The position numbers and the translations under genes were made by a program. Below, piece after piece: positions 1 through 9,338 of a stretch of 64,000 nt of DNA (positions are counted from its first letter, which is position 1; every line of letters begins with the position of its first letter). Below the pieces are notes generated by a model. It worked only from the letters and a program-made list of their open reading frames with translations, ran no database searches and was not told the DNA's origin. Source of the stretch: Magnetococcales bacterium (GTDB taxonomy: Bacteria; Pseudomonadota; Magnetococcia; Magnetococcales; DC0425bin3); assembly GCA_015231175.1 (NCBI GenBank), contig JADGBZ010000010.1:15048-79047 (forward strand), given 5' to 3'.

Positions 1-2731
1 CAGATATGTTTCCCGCGATCCCCTTGACGGCATGCAACAAGGTTTTGAACTCCTGCACCTTCCCGGCCTCCAGCAATGTGAGCAACGTGCTGCCGGCAGT
101 GGCGTATCGGTCCGTGAACGTGTGCAGGACGCGCAGCAGCAGCGTGACATCACCCTGCAGGCGATCCATGGCATCATCCAGGTCGATGCCACCCACCTTT
201 CGGAGTTGAACCAAAATCTGATCCGCCTCGGGAGCGGGCGAAGGGAACGGAGGGGGGCGGTCGGCCAACACAGGTTCCAGAACCGTGGCAAGAACAAAAA
301 ACAGCGTCTTGACGTTGATCGGCTTGGTCAAATAGTCGTTCATGCCCAGGGCCAGACACTGCTCCTTCTCGCTTTGCAACGCATTGGCCGTCATGGCAAT
401 GATGGGCAACCGGGTCGACGAAAATTGCCTGCGTAACACACGGGTAGCCTCGTAGCCATCCATGACCGGCATTTGCAAATCCATCAGCAGACAATCATAG
501 GCATCAGGCTGCCTGCGCAGGCGTTCGACAGCCTCCAGGCCATGGATCGCACGTTCAACCACCACGCCGGCTTTGCCAAGAATACCCTCAGCCACCTGCC
601 AATTGACCTCGTGATCCTCAACGACCAGAACTCTCGCTCCCCGCAAAATATCAAGCTGCCTGGTTCGCTGGAGCTGGGCGCTTTGGGAGGCGATCTCCTG
701 CCGACCACGAACCACCCCATACGATGCAGCAGAGTGTGTCCCACCAAAAAGATCGAGGATGGTGTTGAGCAGAACGGATGGGGTGACCGGCTTGAGTAAA
801 AATCCAGCGACGCCCACACTCTGCGCCTCCTGCATCACCTTTCCCTGACCAAATGCCGTTACCATGACGATGCGGGAGGATTGGACAAAAGCGGGATCAC
901 TCCTGATGCGCCGGGCTGTCTCCAGGCCATCCATCTCCGGCATGCGCCAATCCAGCAGGATCACGTCGTAGGGGCGTTCATGGGCAAGAGCGACACGTTC
1001 CAGTTCACGAACCGCCTCGAAACCCGAGCAGACCGAGATGCTCTCAAAAGAAAAAGCTTTCAGCATCCCGTTGAAAATCTGGCGGGCGGCATCGCTGTCG
1101 TCGACCACAAGCACCCGCAGAGAAGCCAATTGTCCCAGGGAAGGGGGGGGCGGCGACAGGAGAGGTTTCTCAATCGCAAAGGGAATGGAAAAACTGAAGA
1201 CGCTCCCCACACCGGGAGTACTGGTGACACCGATGGTACCACCCATCATCTCCACAAGATTTTTACAGATGGTCAATCCCAGACCGGTGCCGCCATAGTT
1301 GCGGGTGGTGGAAGCGTCGGCTTGGGCAAAAGGTTTGAACAGCCCGGCCAGCTGCTCCGCACTCATGCCAATGCCGTGATCCTCGACCAAAAACTGCAAG
1401 CGTACACTATCCTCGGACCTGTCAACAATTTCAGTGCGGAAAACAATCTCGCCCTGGTGGGTAAACTTGATCGCGTTCGTCCCCAGATTGAGCAGGATCT
1501 GCTCCAACCGCAGGCTGTCGCCAAATAAAGTCTGAGGCAGATCAACATGTTGGGCAAAGAGGATCTCCAAACCTTTCTCTTCGGCACGGGGCGCAAGCAT
1601 GCCGGCCAGCTTTTCCATAACCTCTTCGAGCTGAAAGGGAAGGTATTCCAACACAAATTTTCCCGCCTCAATTTTGGAAAAATCCAGAATATCGTTGATG
1701 ATCCCCAACAGGTTGTTGGCTGCAAACTGGATCTTTCGCATCTGCTCCTGCTGGCTGGGATTGAGATGGGTCTGGGAGAGCAGATACCCCATGCCGACGA
1801 TGGTGTTCATGGGGGTACGAATCTCATGGCTCATGTTGGCCAAGAAGAGACTTTTGGCCTGCGTGGCGGACTCGGCCACCTCTTTGGCTTGCCGCAGGTC
1901 AGCTTCCAGGCGTTTCCGGTCGGTCATGTCGATGGCCGACCCCAATAAATGGGGAACCCCGTCCAACTCAAAACGCAACCCTGTAAAGTAATACGGAATT
2001 TCCCGGCCATTTTTGGTCAGGAAATGGGCCTCGACAACGCTTTGCCCTTGGGTAAACACATCCTGGACTCTGGATGAAACCAACTCTCGCTCCCGGGGAG
2101 CGATGAAGGCAACTGCCGACATGCCGGTCAGTTCATCACTCCGGTATCCGGATACATGTTCAAAATTTTCGTTGTACCGAACCAGTCTCCCCTGCTGGTC
2201 GAACATGTAGAACAAACCGGGCAGACTCCGCATGATCGTTTCTGAAAGGAGGACGTTGTCTTGCAGTTCGCGTGTCCGATCAAGGATTTTTTTCTCAAGA
2301 TTCCTGCGGCCCTCCTCCAAGGCGAGGTTGGCCTTTTCCAACTCCGCCAGGGTCTTTTCCAGTCCGGGCATGTGCAGGATTCTGGGCATGAGGGGAATCA
2401 GGCCGACAAGGGCCACCGCCGAGACAATGGCCGTTAATGCCTTGATGACACCCGACAGCCAATAGTCAGGCCGCCAAATGGTCCATATTTCCATCCAGTG
2501 CGTCGTGCCACACGCCATGATGAAAAGAGCGAACAGGACAAAAAGCCAGCTGAAAGGAATGTTTCTTTTTCTCAGAAGAAAATACAGAATGAAGGAGATG
2601 GCATAATAGGAGAAAGCTATGATGCCGTCAGACAGGACGTGCAGCCAAAGCAATCCCGGGCTCCAGCTGAAACAAAACCCATGCGGCATGAAATCGGCGG
2701 ATGACGGCAGCCACTCCCCAAGTGTGATCAT
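1..2731 (-). CDS. Hybrid sensor histidine kinase with N-terminal ETR1-like ethylene-binding domain, PAS, HisKA/HATPase, 2 REC and HPt (3' end beyond window)
   Basis: Manual translation from ATG 2731 (SD-like GAGGGA upstream): [13 protein letters not shown]...[15 protein letters not shown]...KALTAIVS; H-box [14 protein letters not shown]; GGTGLGL; HPt [10 protein letters not shown] near position 1, all in one frame. Absent from the ORF track, consistent with no stop inside the window. Confidence 0.9.
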   Translation of the reverse strand, partial: MITLGEWLPSSADFMPHGFCFSWSPGLLWLHVLSDGIIAFSYYAISFILYFLLRKRNIPFSWLFVLFALFIMACGTTHWMEIWTIWRPDYWLSGVIKALTAIVSAVALVGLIPLMPRILHMPGLEKTLAELEKANLALEEGRRNLEKKILDRTRELQDNVLLSETIMRSLPGLFYMFDQQGRLVRYNENFEHVSGYRSDELTGMSAVAFIAPRERELVSSRVQDVFTQGQSVVEAHFLTKNGREIPYYFTGLRFELDGVPHLLGSAIDMTDRKRLEADLRQAKEVAESATQAKSLFLANMSHEIRTPMNTIVGMGYLLSQTHLNPSQQEQMRKIQFAANNLLGIINDILDFSKIEAGKFVLEYLPFQLEEVMEKLAGMLAPRAEEKGLEILFAQHVDLPQTLFGDSLRLEQILLNLGTNAIKFTHQGEIVFRTEIVDRSEDSVRLQFLVEDHGIGMSAEQLAGLFKPFAQADASTTRNYGGTGLGLTICKNLVEMMGGTIGVTSTPGVGSVFSFSIPFAIEKPLLSPPPPSLGQLASLRVLVVDDSDAARQIFNGMLKAFSFESISVCSGFEAVRELERVALAHERPYDVILLDWRMPEMDGLETARRIRSDPAFVQSSRIVMVTAFGQGKVMQEAQSVGVAGFLLKPVTPSVLLNTILDLFGGTHSAASYGVVRGRQEIASQSAQLQRTRQLDILRGARVLVVEDHEVNWQVAEGILGKAGVVVERAIHGLEAVERLRRQPDAYDCLLMDLQMPVMDGYEATRVLRRQFSSTRLPIIAMTANALQSEKEQCLALGMNDYLTKPINVKTLFFVLATVLEPVLADRPPPFPSPAPEADQILVQLRKVGGIDLDDAMDRLQGDVTLLLRVLHTFTDRYATAGSTLLTLLEAGKVQEFKTLLHAVKGIAGNIS

Positions 2732-2900
2732 GAAATCCCTCGCAAGTCACAATTTGATCATCCATCATCCACAGGTCGTGCAACTCGACGATGGGTACAT
2801 ACTGCCAACTCAACGTTTCCGCTTCTCCAGTATATCAACCCGCATCTACCAGGTGCATGGGAAATCGAACTCCTGACCAGGGCCATCGCCTGTGCGATGG

Positions 2901-3075
2901 GCACACCTCCGGCACCCTTTCAAAAAAAGCCTGGATTTGAAAAGCGGATATGAAAAGCCTGGATATGAAAGCCTTTGTCAGGGCTTCGCCCCGAACCCCA
3001 CCAGGACGCTGTTTTGGACCTGCCAGGGAGCCAGTCCCCTGGACCCCCATTCGTGGCCGGGTGGCGAATGGTTAC
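2901..3075 (+). repeat. Type-A GTAAC/GTTAC structured repeat, copy 1 (inside 5' end of TolC-family gene)
   Basis: GCCTTTGTCAGGGCTTCGCCCCGAACCCCACCAGGACGCTG...CCAGGGAGCCAGTCCCCTGGACCCC...GAATGGTTAC; internal ~14 bp AAAAGCCTGGATATG unit repeated about 3 times; left terminus degenerate. Confidence 0.85.
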
Positions 3076-4443
3076 TGGTTTTTGTTCCTGGCGGTTCTGC
3101 CCACGGGCTGCGCCCATGGCCCGGATTATCAGGTTCCGAACGTCGAACTACCCGCCACCTTCAAGGAAGGGCCTGGCTGGAAGGTGGCCCAACCCCGGGA
3201 ACTACTGGCCCGCAGTCCCTGGTGGAAAATTTTTAACGATGCCGTGCTCGATCGCCTGGAAGATCGCCTGGCCCTCAACAACCAAAGCCTCAGGGCCGCC
3301 GAAGCGCAATACCGGGTGGCTGTGGCCCAGGCCGAGGCGGCGGGGGCATCCCTGTTTCCAACGCTCACCAGCAACCTGGGGGTGACACGAAGCAAGGCAT
3401 CCAACGCCAAAAGTACCGGCACAACCCCCCATCTGGGCCTGAATGCCAGTTGGGAACTGGATCTGTGGGGGCGGGTCAACCGCCTTGTCGAAGGGGGCGA
3501 GGCCAGCATCCAGGCTGGCATGGACGACTTGGAAGGGGCACGCCTGAGTCTCCAAACCCAGATGGCCCAGAACTATTTTTTGTTGCGTGTCGCCGAAGAG
3601 CAGCAACGCCTCTATCGTGAAACCCTGGCAGCTTATGAAAAATCCCTGGTCCTGACCCAGCATCAGCACGCCGCCGGAGTGGCCACGACCAGCGATGTGG
3701 CCCAGGCAGAGAGCCTGTTGCGCAGCACCCAGGCCCAGGCCCTGGATACCGACCTGCAACGCACCCAACTGGAACATCTGTTGGCCCAGTTGACCGGCCA
3801 TGTCCCGACCAACTTTTCTCTGGAACCGGCCACGTTGACGCAGGAGTTGCCGGACATCCCTCCAACTCTGCCCGCAGAGTTGCTGGAGCGCCGCCCGGAT
3901 GTGGCCGCTGCCGAACGGCGAGTGGCGGTGGCCAACGCCCAGGTTGGGGTGGCGGCGGCAGCCTTTTTCCCCACCTTCTCCTTGAACATGTCCGGAGGTT
4001 ACCAGGGAAACGGTTGGTCGTCCTGGTTTGACGCCCCGGCGCACGTCTGGTCCCTGGGGCCAACCCTGGCGGCCACCCTTTTCGACGGTGGCCTGCGGCA
4101 AACCCAGCATCGCCAAGCCCTGGCAGCCTACGATCAGGCGGTGGCCCACTATCGCCAAAGCGTTCTGAACGCTGTGCAGGAGGTGGAGGACAATCTGGCG
4201 GCACTGCGGTCGCTGAACGAACAGAGCGTGGCCCAGACCAAAGCGGTTCAGGCCGCCCGGCAGGCGCAAACCCTGACCGAGAACCAATATCGGGCAGGCG
4301 TTGTCGGCTATCCGGCCATGGTGACAACCCAAACAGCCACCTTGACCAGCGAGCGGGCTGCGTTGACGATGCGCGGTCGTCGCTATACAGCCATCGTGAC
4401 ACTGATCAAAGCCCTGGGAGGCCTTTGGCAAGAACAACCGTAA
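3061..4443 (+). CDS. Efflux outer-membrane lipoprotein, NodT/OprM/TolC family
   Basis: Lipobox LPTGC, PWWKIFND, SWELDLWGR, LLERRPDVAAAE, LIKALGG. Start uncertain (GTG 3061 or ATG 2950, both inside the repeat). Confidence 0.85.
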   Translation: MANGYWFLFLAVLPTGCAHGPDYQVPNVELPATFKEGPGWKVAQPRELLARSPWWKIFNDAVLDRLEDRLALNNQSLRAAEAQYRVAVAQAEAAGASLFPTLTSNLGVTRSKASNAKSTGTTPHLGLNASWELDLWGRVNRLVEGGEASIQAGMDDLEGARLSLQTQMAQNYFLLRVAEEQQRLYRETLAAYEKSLVLTQHQHAAGVATTSDVAQAESLLRSTQAQALDTDLQRTQLEHLLAQLTGHVPTNFSLEPATLTQELPDIPPTLPAELLERRPDVAAAERRVAVANAQVGVAAAAFFPTFSLNMSGGYQGNGWSSWFDAPAHVWSLGPTLAATLFDGGLRQTQHRQALAAYDQAVAHYRQSVLNAVQEVEDNLAALRSLNEQSVAQTKAVQAARQAQTLTENQYRAGVVGYPAMVTTQTATLTSERAALTMRGRRYTAIVTLIKALGGLWQEQP

Positions 4444-4637
4444 CTGTAATTCAGGGCAATCACATTTGGAATGGGCATACCCGAGGCCATGATCGCTTTT
4501 TGGAATTGAGGTCCAGGGGGCTGGCTCCCTGGCGGGTCAAGGGCAGCGCCCTTGCGGGGTCCAGGGCAGCGCCCCGTTTTGTTTTTGTACGCCCCCCTTC
4601 TCCCAGGCCTTTTTTGCGCTGTTGGCAAAAAAGGCCC
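4440..4637 (-). repeat. Type-B structured repeat, copy 1
   Basis: 4507-4637 is a near-identical reverse complement of 58531-58686. Shares the GTAAC terminus and the CCAGGGGGCTGGCTCCCTGG hairpin with type A; ends in a GGCCTTTTTTGC-N7-GCAAAAAAGGCC hairpin. Confidence 0.8.
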
Positions 4638-4710
4638 AAGATGCGAACACATTGCAGATTTTGCGAAAATAATCGTAAAAGATAATGGTCCGTACTTTCC
4701 GCTGGCTTTT

Positions 4711-4870
4711 TTTGGGGCGCTGCCCCAAACCCCGCCAGGAGGAAGGGCGCAGCCCTTCCTCCTGGACCTCCATCCCAGTCTTTTAAACGTTTTTTTGTCG
4801 GGGCTTTGCCCCGAACCCCACCAGGAGGAAGGGCGCAGCCCTTCCTCCTGGACCTCCATCCCAGTCTTTC
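4711..4870. repeat. Two tandem ~86 bp units, each with two hairpins (related type-C repeat)
   Basis: Perfect 14-bp stem CCAGGAGGAAGGGC-GCA-GCCCTTCCTCCTGG at 4735-4765 and 4821-4851, each preceded by a GGGGC-N3-GCCCC hairpin. Confidence 0.85.
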
Positions 4871-4916
4871 ATGCGTTTTTTGGGTAGGGCGCGCCCCTTC
4901 TCCTCATGTCATCGTT

Positions 4917-6134
4917 TCAGGTGCGATAATCCGCATTGATGGTGACATAGTCATGGGAGAGATCACAGGTCCAGGTCGTGGCCGCTGCCGATCCGGCGTG
5001 CAGATGGATGTGGACGGCAATCTCGGGGGCCGACATGACCTGGGCGCCCCGAGCTTCGGTATAGGTGGGATCCAATCCCCCTTTCTGGACGATCTGCACA
5101 TCCCCGAGGTGGATGTCTACAGCATCGACATTGATGGGAATGCCCGCCCGTCCCACAGCGGCCAGAATGCGACCCCAGTTGGGATCCTGACCAAAAAAAG
5201 CCGTTTTGACCAATTGACTGTGGGCCACCACCTTGCCAATCTGGCGGGCGTCGGCCTCGCTTTTGGCTCCGGCGACGGTGATGGTGATGAATTTGGTCGC
5301 CCCCTCCCCATCCCGAACGATCAGGTGGGCCAACTCCTGACACAAATCGTTCAGGGCGGTGACCAGGGGTGCGGCGCGGGGAGAATCCGGATCGGTCAGG
5401 AGATCGTTGCCGGCCAGGCCGGAGGCGAAACCCAGCAACGTGTCGTTGGTCGAGGTGTCCCCATCCACGGTGATGCTGTTGAAACTGGCTGAAACGGCAC
5501 GCTCCAGCAAACGTTGCCAGGCCATCGGCGTGATGGCAGCATCGGTAAAAACATAAGCGAGCAGGGTGGCCATGTCCGGATGAATCATGCCCGCCCCCTT
5601 GGCGATACCGGCCAGCAGCACAGGACGCCCATCCAGGGTGCAACGACGATGCCGCGCCTTGGGGAAGGTGTCCGTGGTGGTGATGGCCACCGCCGCATCG
5701 CTCCAGGCATCATCGCGCAGGTTGGCCGCCAGGGAAGGAATGGCGGCGCGGATTTTCTCCACGGGTAGAGGCTGGCCGATCACCCCTGTGGAGGAGATGA
5801 AAATGCACGCCTCAGGTACAGACAACTCCCGGGCAACGGATCGGGACACCTCCAGAGCGTTTTGCACCCCCTGGGGCCCCGTGCCGGCATTGGCGTTGCC
5901 CGCATTGACGATCAGGGCGTCGGCACGTCCTCCCACAAGCCGCTGACGACAAATCTGCACCGGAGCGGCCACCACCTGATTGCGCGTAAAAACTCCGGCA
6001 ACAGCCGTGCCCGGGTGCATATGGACCAGGAGAAGATCCGGGCGACCGGTCGCCTTCAAGCCGCAGGCTGTGGCTGCCAGACGAAATCCGGGTACCGGTG
6101 GAATATCGATCGGAGGGGGAGAACCAACGGCCAT
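4917..6134 (-). CDS. argJ: Glutamate N-acetyltransferase / amino-acid acetyltransferase ArgJ
   Basis: NAGNANA, TTDT, KGAGMIHPDMAT, DGDTSTND, DGEGATK, DPNWGRI, INADYRT; start trimmed to ATG 6134. Confidence 0.95.
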   Translation of the reverse strand: MAVGSPPPIDIPPVPGFRLAATACGLKATGRPDLLLVHMHPGTAVAGVFTRNQVVAAPVQICRQRLVGGRADALIVNAGNANAGTGPQGVQNALEVSRSVARELSVPEACIFISSTGVIGQPLPVEKIRAAIPSLAANLRDDAWSDAAVAITTTDTFPKARHRRCTLDGRPVLLAGIAKGAGMIHPDMATLLAYVFTDAAITPMAWQRLLERAVSASFNSITVDGDTSTNDTLLGFASGLAGNDLLTDPDSPRAAPLVTALNDLCQELAHLIVRDGEGATKFITITVAGAKSEADARQIGKVVAHSQLVKTAFFGQDPNWGRILAAVGRAGIPINVDAVDIHLGDVQIVQKGGLDPTYTEARGAQVMSAPEIAVHIHLHAGSAAATTWTCDLSHDYVTINADYRT

Positions 6135-6288
6135 GGGAGACAGAACCTCCTTCCGGGAGTATGATTGAGAGGAGTGGTGAAAGACCACCCGATTCGTCAG
6201 ACGAGGCCACTTCATAGCCGGTTTCCCAACACAAGGGAAGCCCCACCGTGTGGATCTGGACCAGATACCACCAGGAGTGCAAGAAACC

Positions 6289-6726
6289 ATGCTTTCTCCA
6301 TCTTTTTCCCAGCGTTTGTCCGACCGGTTCGATGGCATGATCCGACTGGCTGACGTTGAGTTGCTCAATGCTGCCGTGGAACGATTGAATGGTTGGTATC
6401 TCTTTGAACCTGGCGCAGATTTACCCACGTCAACCGTGGATGGCCAGATGGCCAGTCAACATCTGGCTGCTTTGGTGGCAGAGATTCTACGGGAAGAGCG
6501 CGGCGTCTGGAGCACCATGATCTATGTGCAAAGCCAGGAAGATCCCTGGCTGATCAAGGTGTATCATCCGCGCCGCGCCGGTTGTGGGTGTGGAGGTGGC
6601 GGAGGCATTCGTCCCTGGTGGGTGTTGACCCGCGTCCCCCCTGAACCGGTTCCGGGCTGGTCGGATGGTTCGGTATGTGCCACAGACGCTCCAACCAAGG
6701 CACCCTGGTGGAAAAAATTGCTTTGA
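6289..6726 (+). CDS. Conserved hypothetical protein (GCGCG motif)
   Basis: Plausible ORF divergent from argJ, its stop overlapping the mutT start; IKVYHP..GCGC..PWWVL motif; start uncertain. Confidence 0.55.
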   Translation: MLSPSFSQRLSDRFDGMIRLADVELLNAAVERLNGWYLFEPGADLPTSTVDGQMASQHLAALVAEILREERGVWSTMIYVQSQEDPWLIKVYHPRRAGCGCGGGGGIRPWWVLTRVPPEPVPGWSDGSVCATDAPTKAPWWKKLL

Positions 6727-7148
6727 AACCCTTATTGCTGGTCTGTGCAGCCTTGTTGCGGGGTGCGGGTGGACGGATTCTGCTCACCCGGCGGCGTCCC
6801 GAAACCCATATGGGCTCCTGTTGGGAGTTCCCTGGCGGCAAACTCCACCCCGGGGAGAGTCCCGAAATGGCATTGGTGCGGGAAATCCGCGAAGAGGTCG
6901 GGCTGGATATCGTCGATCCAGAACCCTGGACCTTCGTCTCCCACCCCTACGACGATTTTCATCTACTGATGCCGGTTTTTTCCTGCCGCCAGTGGTCTGG
7001 TACGCCCCAACCTCTGGAGGTGGCGGATCTGGGTTGGTTTCATCTCGAAGAGATGGCCCGGCTCCCCTTTCCACCGGCAGATTGGCCCCTGGTGGAAAAA
7101 TTGAAGGCGGAAGAGATCCGTTCGGCATCATGCCAAAAAAAGCCTTGA
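6723..7148 (+). CDS. mutT: MutT-like NUDIX hydrolase
   Basis: Nudix box WEFPGGKLHPGESPEMALVREIREEVG; C-terminal FPPAD. Confidence 0.85.
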   Translation: MKPLLLVCAALLRGAGGRILLTRRRPETHMGSCWEFPGGKLHPGESPEMALVREIREEVGLDIVDPEPWTFVSHPYDDFHLLMPVFSCRQWSGTPQPLEVADLGWFHLEEMARLPFPPADWPLVEKLKAEEIRSASCQKKP

Positions 7149-7221
7149 TATCAAACACCTCACTACTCAGCGCCTCTGCAAGAAAAGCCCGGACAAGAAA
7201 GCCTCCGTCAGGGTTCCGCAC

Positions 7222-7794
7222 TCACTGCGCTACGGGGTGTTCGAGACCGAAACATGGGGGGCAATCTGGACAAACGTGGCAGGAAGGCGCTGCGCAAAGT
7301 GAAAACCCCTCCTGCTCCCACAGTTGGCGATAAAGAAATTTTTTCCATTTCATATCGCCCGTGTTGCGTTGGGCCAGGGTGCGAAAATTGTGCAGCAGCA
7401 GGCGGCTGAGATCATCCCGATGGCGCAGTCCCAGGTCCGACCACAGATGGTCCGACCCGGAACAGGCGGTGACAACGATGGTTGCCATCCACTGAGCCTC
7501 GTGGTGGGGTACGGTACGATGATCATGGAGCAGATGGAGCAGATCATTGCGTTCCGGCATGAAGGAGGGGTGTTGCTGGGGAATATCCCAACCCGGCGCC
7601 GGCTTTTTCTCCAGACGATAGTAACGAATCATCCGCACAAAGGCCGTTTTGGCAAGCCCCAGACGCAGGGGCATGGCGCTCCGTCCCTGACGCTGACTCT
7701 CCAACATCTGGCTGACAAACCCCGGGTTGGGGCTGCCCAGACCAAGAGCCGGTTGTGTCAGATAGAACAGATCAGAGATGACCATGCTGTACAC
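7222..7794 (-). CDS. nifQ: Nitrogen fixation protein NifQ
   Basis: DHLWSDLGL, NTGDMKWKKFLYRQL, C-terminal CX4CX2CX5C (CAAPSCHVCPDCPPCFG). Confidence 0.88.
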   Translation of the reverse strand: MYSMVISDLFYLTQPALGLGSPNPGFVSQMLESQRQGRSAMPLRLGLAKTAFVRMIRYYRLEKKPAPGWDIPQQHPSFMPERNDLLHLLHDHRTVPHHEAQWMATIVVTACSGSDHLWSDLGLRHRDDLSRLLLHNFRTLAQRNTGDMKWKKFLYRQLWEQEGFSLCAAPSCHVCPDCPPCFGLEHPVAQ

Positions 7795-8182
7795 GACTCA
7801 CTCCCCCCCGATAAACAAGGCAGCGTGGGCCAGACAAACCCAGGCCCGGAACGGCCCTTCGATCACACTTCCGAGGCCGGCTTGCAAAACCCTCTCCTCA
7901 CAAGCCCGGTGACCATGGTGACTGTTGCGCAGAGCGCAGGTAACGCACGTCCGACGGTAAAGCACAAAGCGTTCCAACAATTACTTTCAACTTGATTTCA
8001 ACATGTTGCATCATAGCAAGCCCATTCTGGCCTGAAACATCTGCTGTTTTTCCTTGCATGGATTGCCTCTTGATGCTTATTCGTTAAGCATCTTTTTCAG
8101 TCCCAATAGCTGGATGAACGAAACACCCTCGACACCGGCCTTTCGGAGCAACCGGACCATCCGTAAAAAGAGCCACGGATCC

Positions 8183-9328
8183 TCAACAGCATTTACCCCC
8201 TCCCCCCGCCGGTCCACACGGCTTCCGTTCGCCTTGACCCACGCTCTGCACCTGGCCGCCGCGCCCGGCTGAGGCAGGTCGCTCGGCGCCTGGGGGGGCC
8301 AGATAGGGTGTGGGAAGTTGTGGGCGCAAGGGGGCAAAGCGCACGACATGATCCACAAAAGGCGCACAACCCATGCGGGCATGGGCTTCGCGGGAAACAG
8401 CCATGCGCACCCCCACCGGGAAACGGTTGCCCAGGTCATCTTCGACACAGGCAAAGGGACCGCGATAAAGGATGGCATGCCCCCCTTCGGTTTGCTGCGT
8501 GATGGAATGCTTGACTGCCGTCAGGGTGACGGAACGAAATTCGATCCCCTCCATGACCTGCCAGGGGGTGGTTTCCCATTTGTCGATGGTGACGCCGGTC
8601 AAACCTGCCTCTCGAAATGCGCGAACAAAATCCGTTTCGGTGAAGGCGCCGGAGATGCAGCCGGTCCAGAGTTCCGGATTTTGTTTCAGGGTTTGGGGAA
8701 TCGGGGCATCGGCAACGATGTCGGAGATGGCAACCCGCCCGCCTGGTTTGAGCACACGAACAATCTCCCTTACCAACTGGGACTTCAGGGTGTCATCCAC
8801 AAGGTTGAGAACGCAATTGGAGATGACAAGATCGACAGAGGCATCCGGGATCATGGGATCCTGGTGACGCATGCGGTGTTGATGTTGTTCGAGCAGGGTC
8901 AGGGATGCCAGGTCGGTCACCGGATGGGCAACCAGCCAATGGCCCAGGGATTCCAGATCCAGGGCCAAATCCTGAATGCGGCCTTTGCGAAAAGAGACCC
9001 GGTCGCTTCCCAGTTTATGGGCCATTTCCGGTTGATATTTGCGCGCCAGGGCCAGCATCTCATCGTTCATGTCGATACCGATAACCCGGCCCGACTCCCC
9101 CACCAACTGAGCGGCGATGTAGCAGATCTTTCCCGCACCCGATCCCAGATCGAGAACGGTATCGCCTGGTTGTACGTAGCGGGAAGGGTCGCCACAGCCA
9201 TAATCCCGGTCGATGATCTCCCGGGGCAGCAGCGCCAACAGGGCGCTGTCATAGGAGACAGGACAGCATAGGGCCGGCACAACCTCCCTGGCTCCCTGGG
9301 CGTAACGTTGGTGAACGTGAGATTCCAT
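8183..9328 (-). CDS. SAM-dependent methyltransferase, arsenite methyltransferase (ArsM/AS3MT)-like
   Basis: LCCP, DYGCGDP, VLDLGSGAG, VISNCVLNL, WTGCISGA, C-terminal KCC. Confidence 0.8.
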   Translation of the reverse strand: MESHVHQRYAQGAREVVPALCCPVSYDSALLALLPREIIDRDYGCGDPSRYVQPGDTVLDLGSGAGKICYIAAQLVGESGRVIGIDMNDEMLALARKYQPEMAHKLGSDRVSFRKGRIQDLALDLESLGHWLVAHPVTDLASLTLLEQHQHRMRHQDPMIPDASVDLVISNCVLNLVDDTLKSQLVREIVRVLKPGGRVAISDIVADAPIPQTLKQNPELWTGCISGAFTETDFVRAFREAGLTGVTIDKWETTPWQVMEGIEFRSVTLTAVKHSITQQTEGGHAILYRGPFACVEDDLGNRFPVGVRMAVSREAHARMGCAPFVDHVVRFAPLRPQLPTPYLAPPGAERPASAGRGGQVQSVGQGERKPCGPAGGGGKCC

Positions 9329-9338
9329 GGTCATGGGG

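Noticed and set aside
2898-3078. TGG as a 3-bp target-site duplication of the repeat family
   Set aside because: Copies at 19570, 26020, 30921 and 56856 show no matching 3-bp flanks, so it is not a general rule.
7795-8182. Sigma54/NifA promoter for nifQ
   Set aside because: Only a poor GG-N10-GC match (7884-7897) lacking TGGCA, and no TGT-N10-ACA seen.
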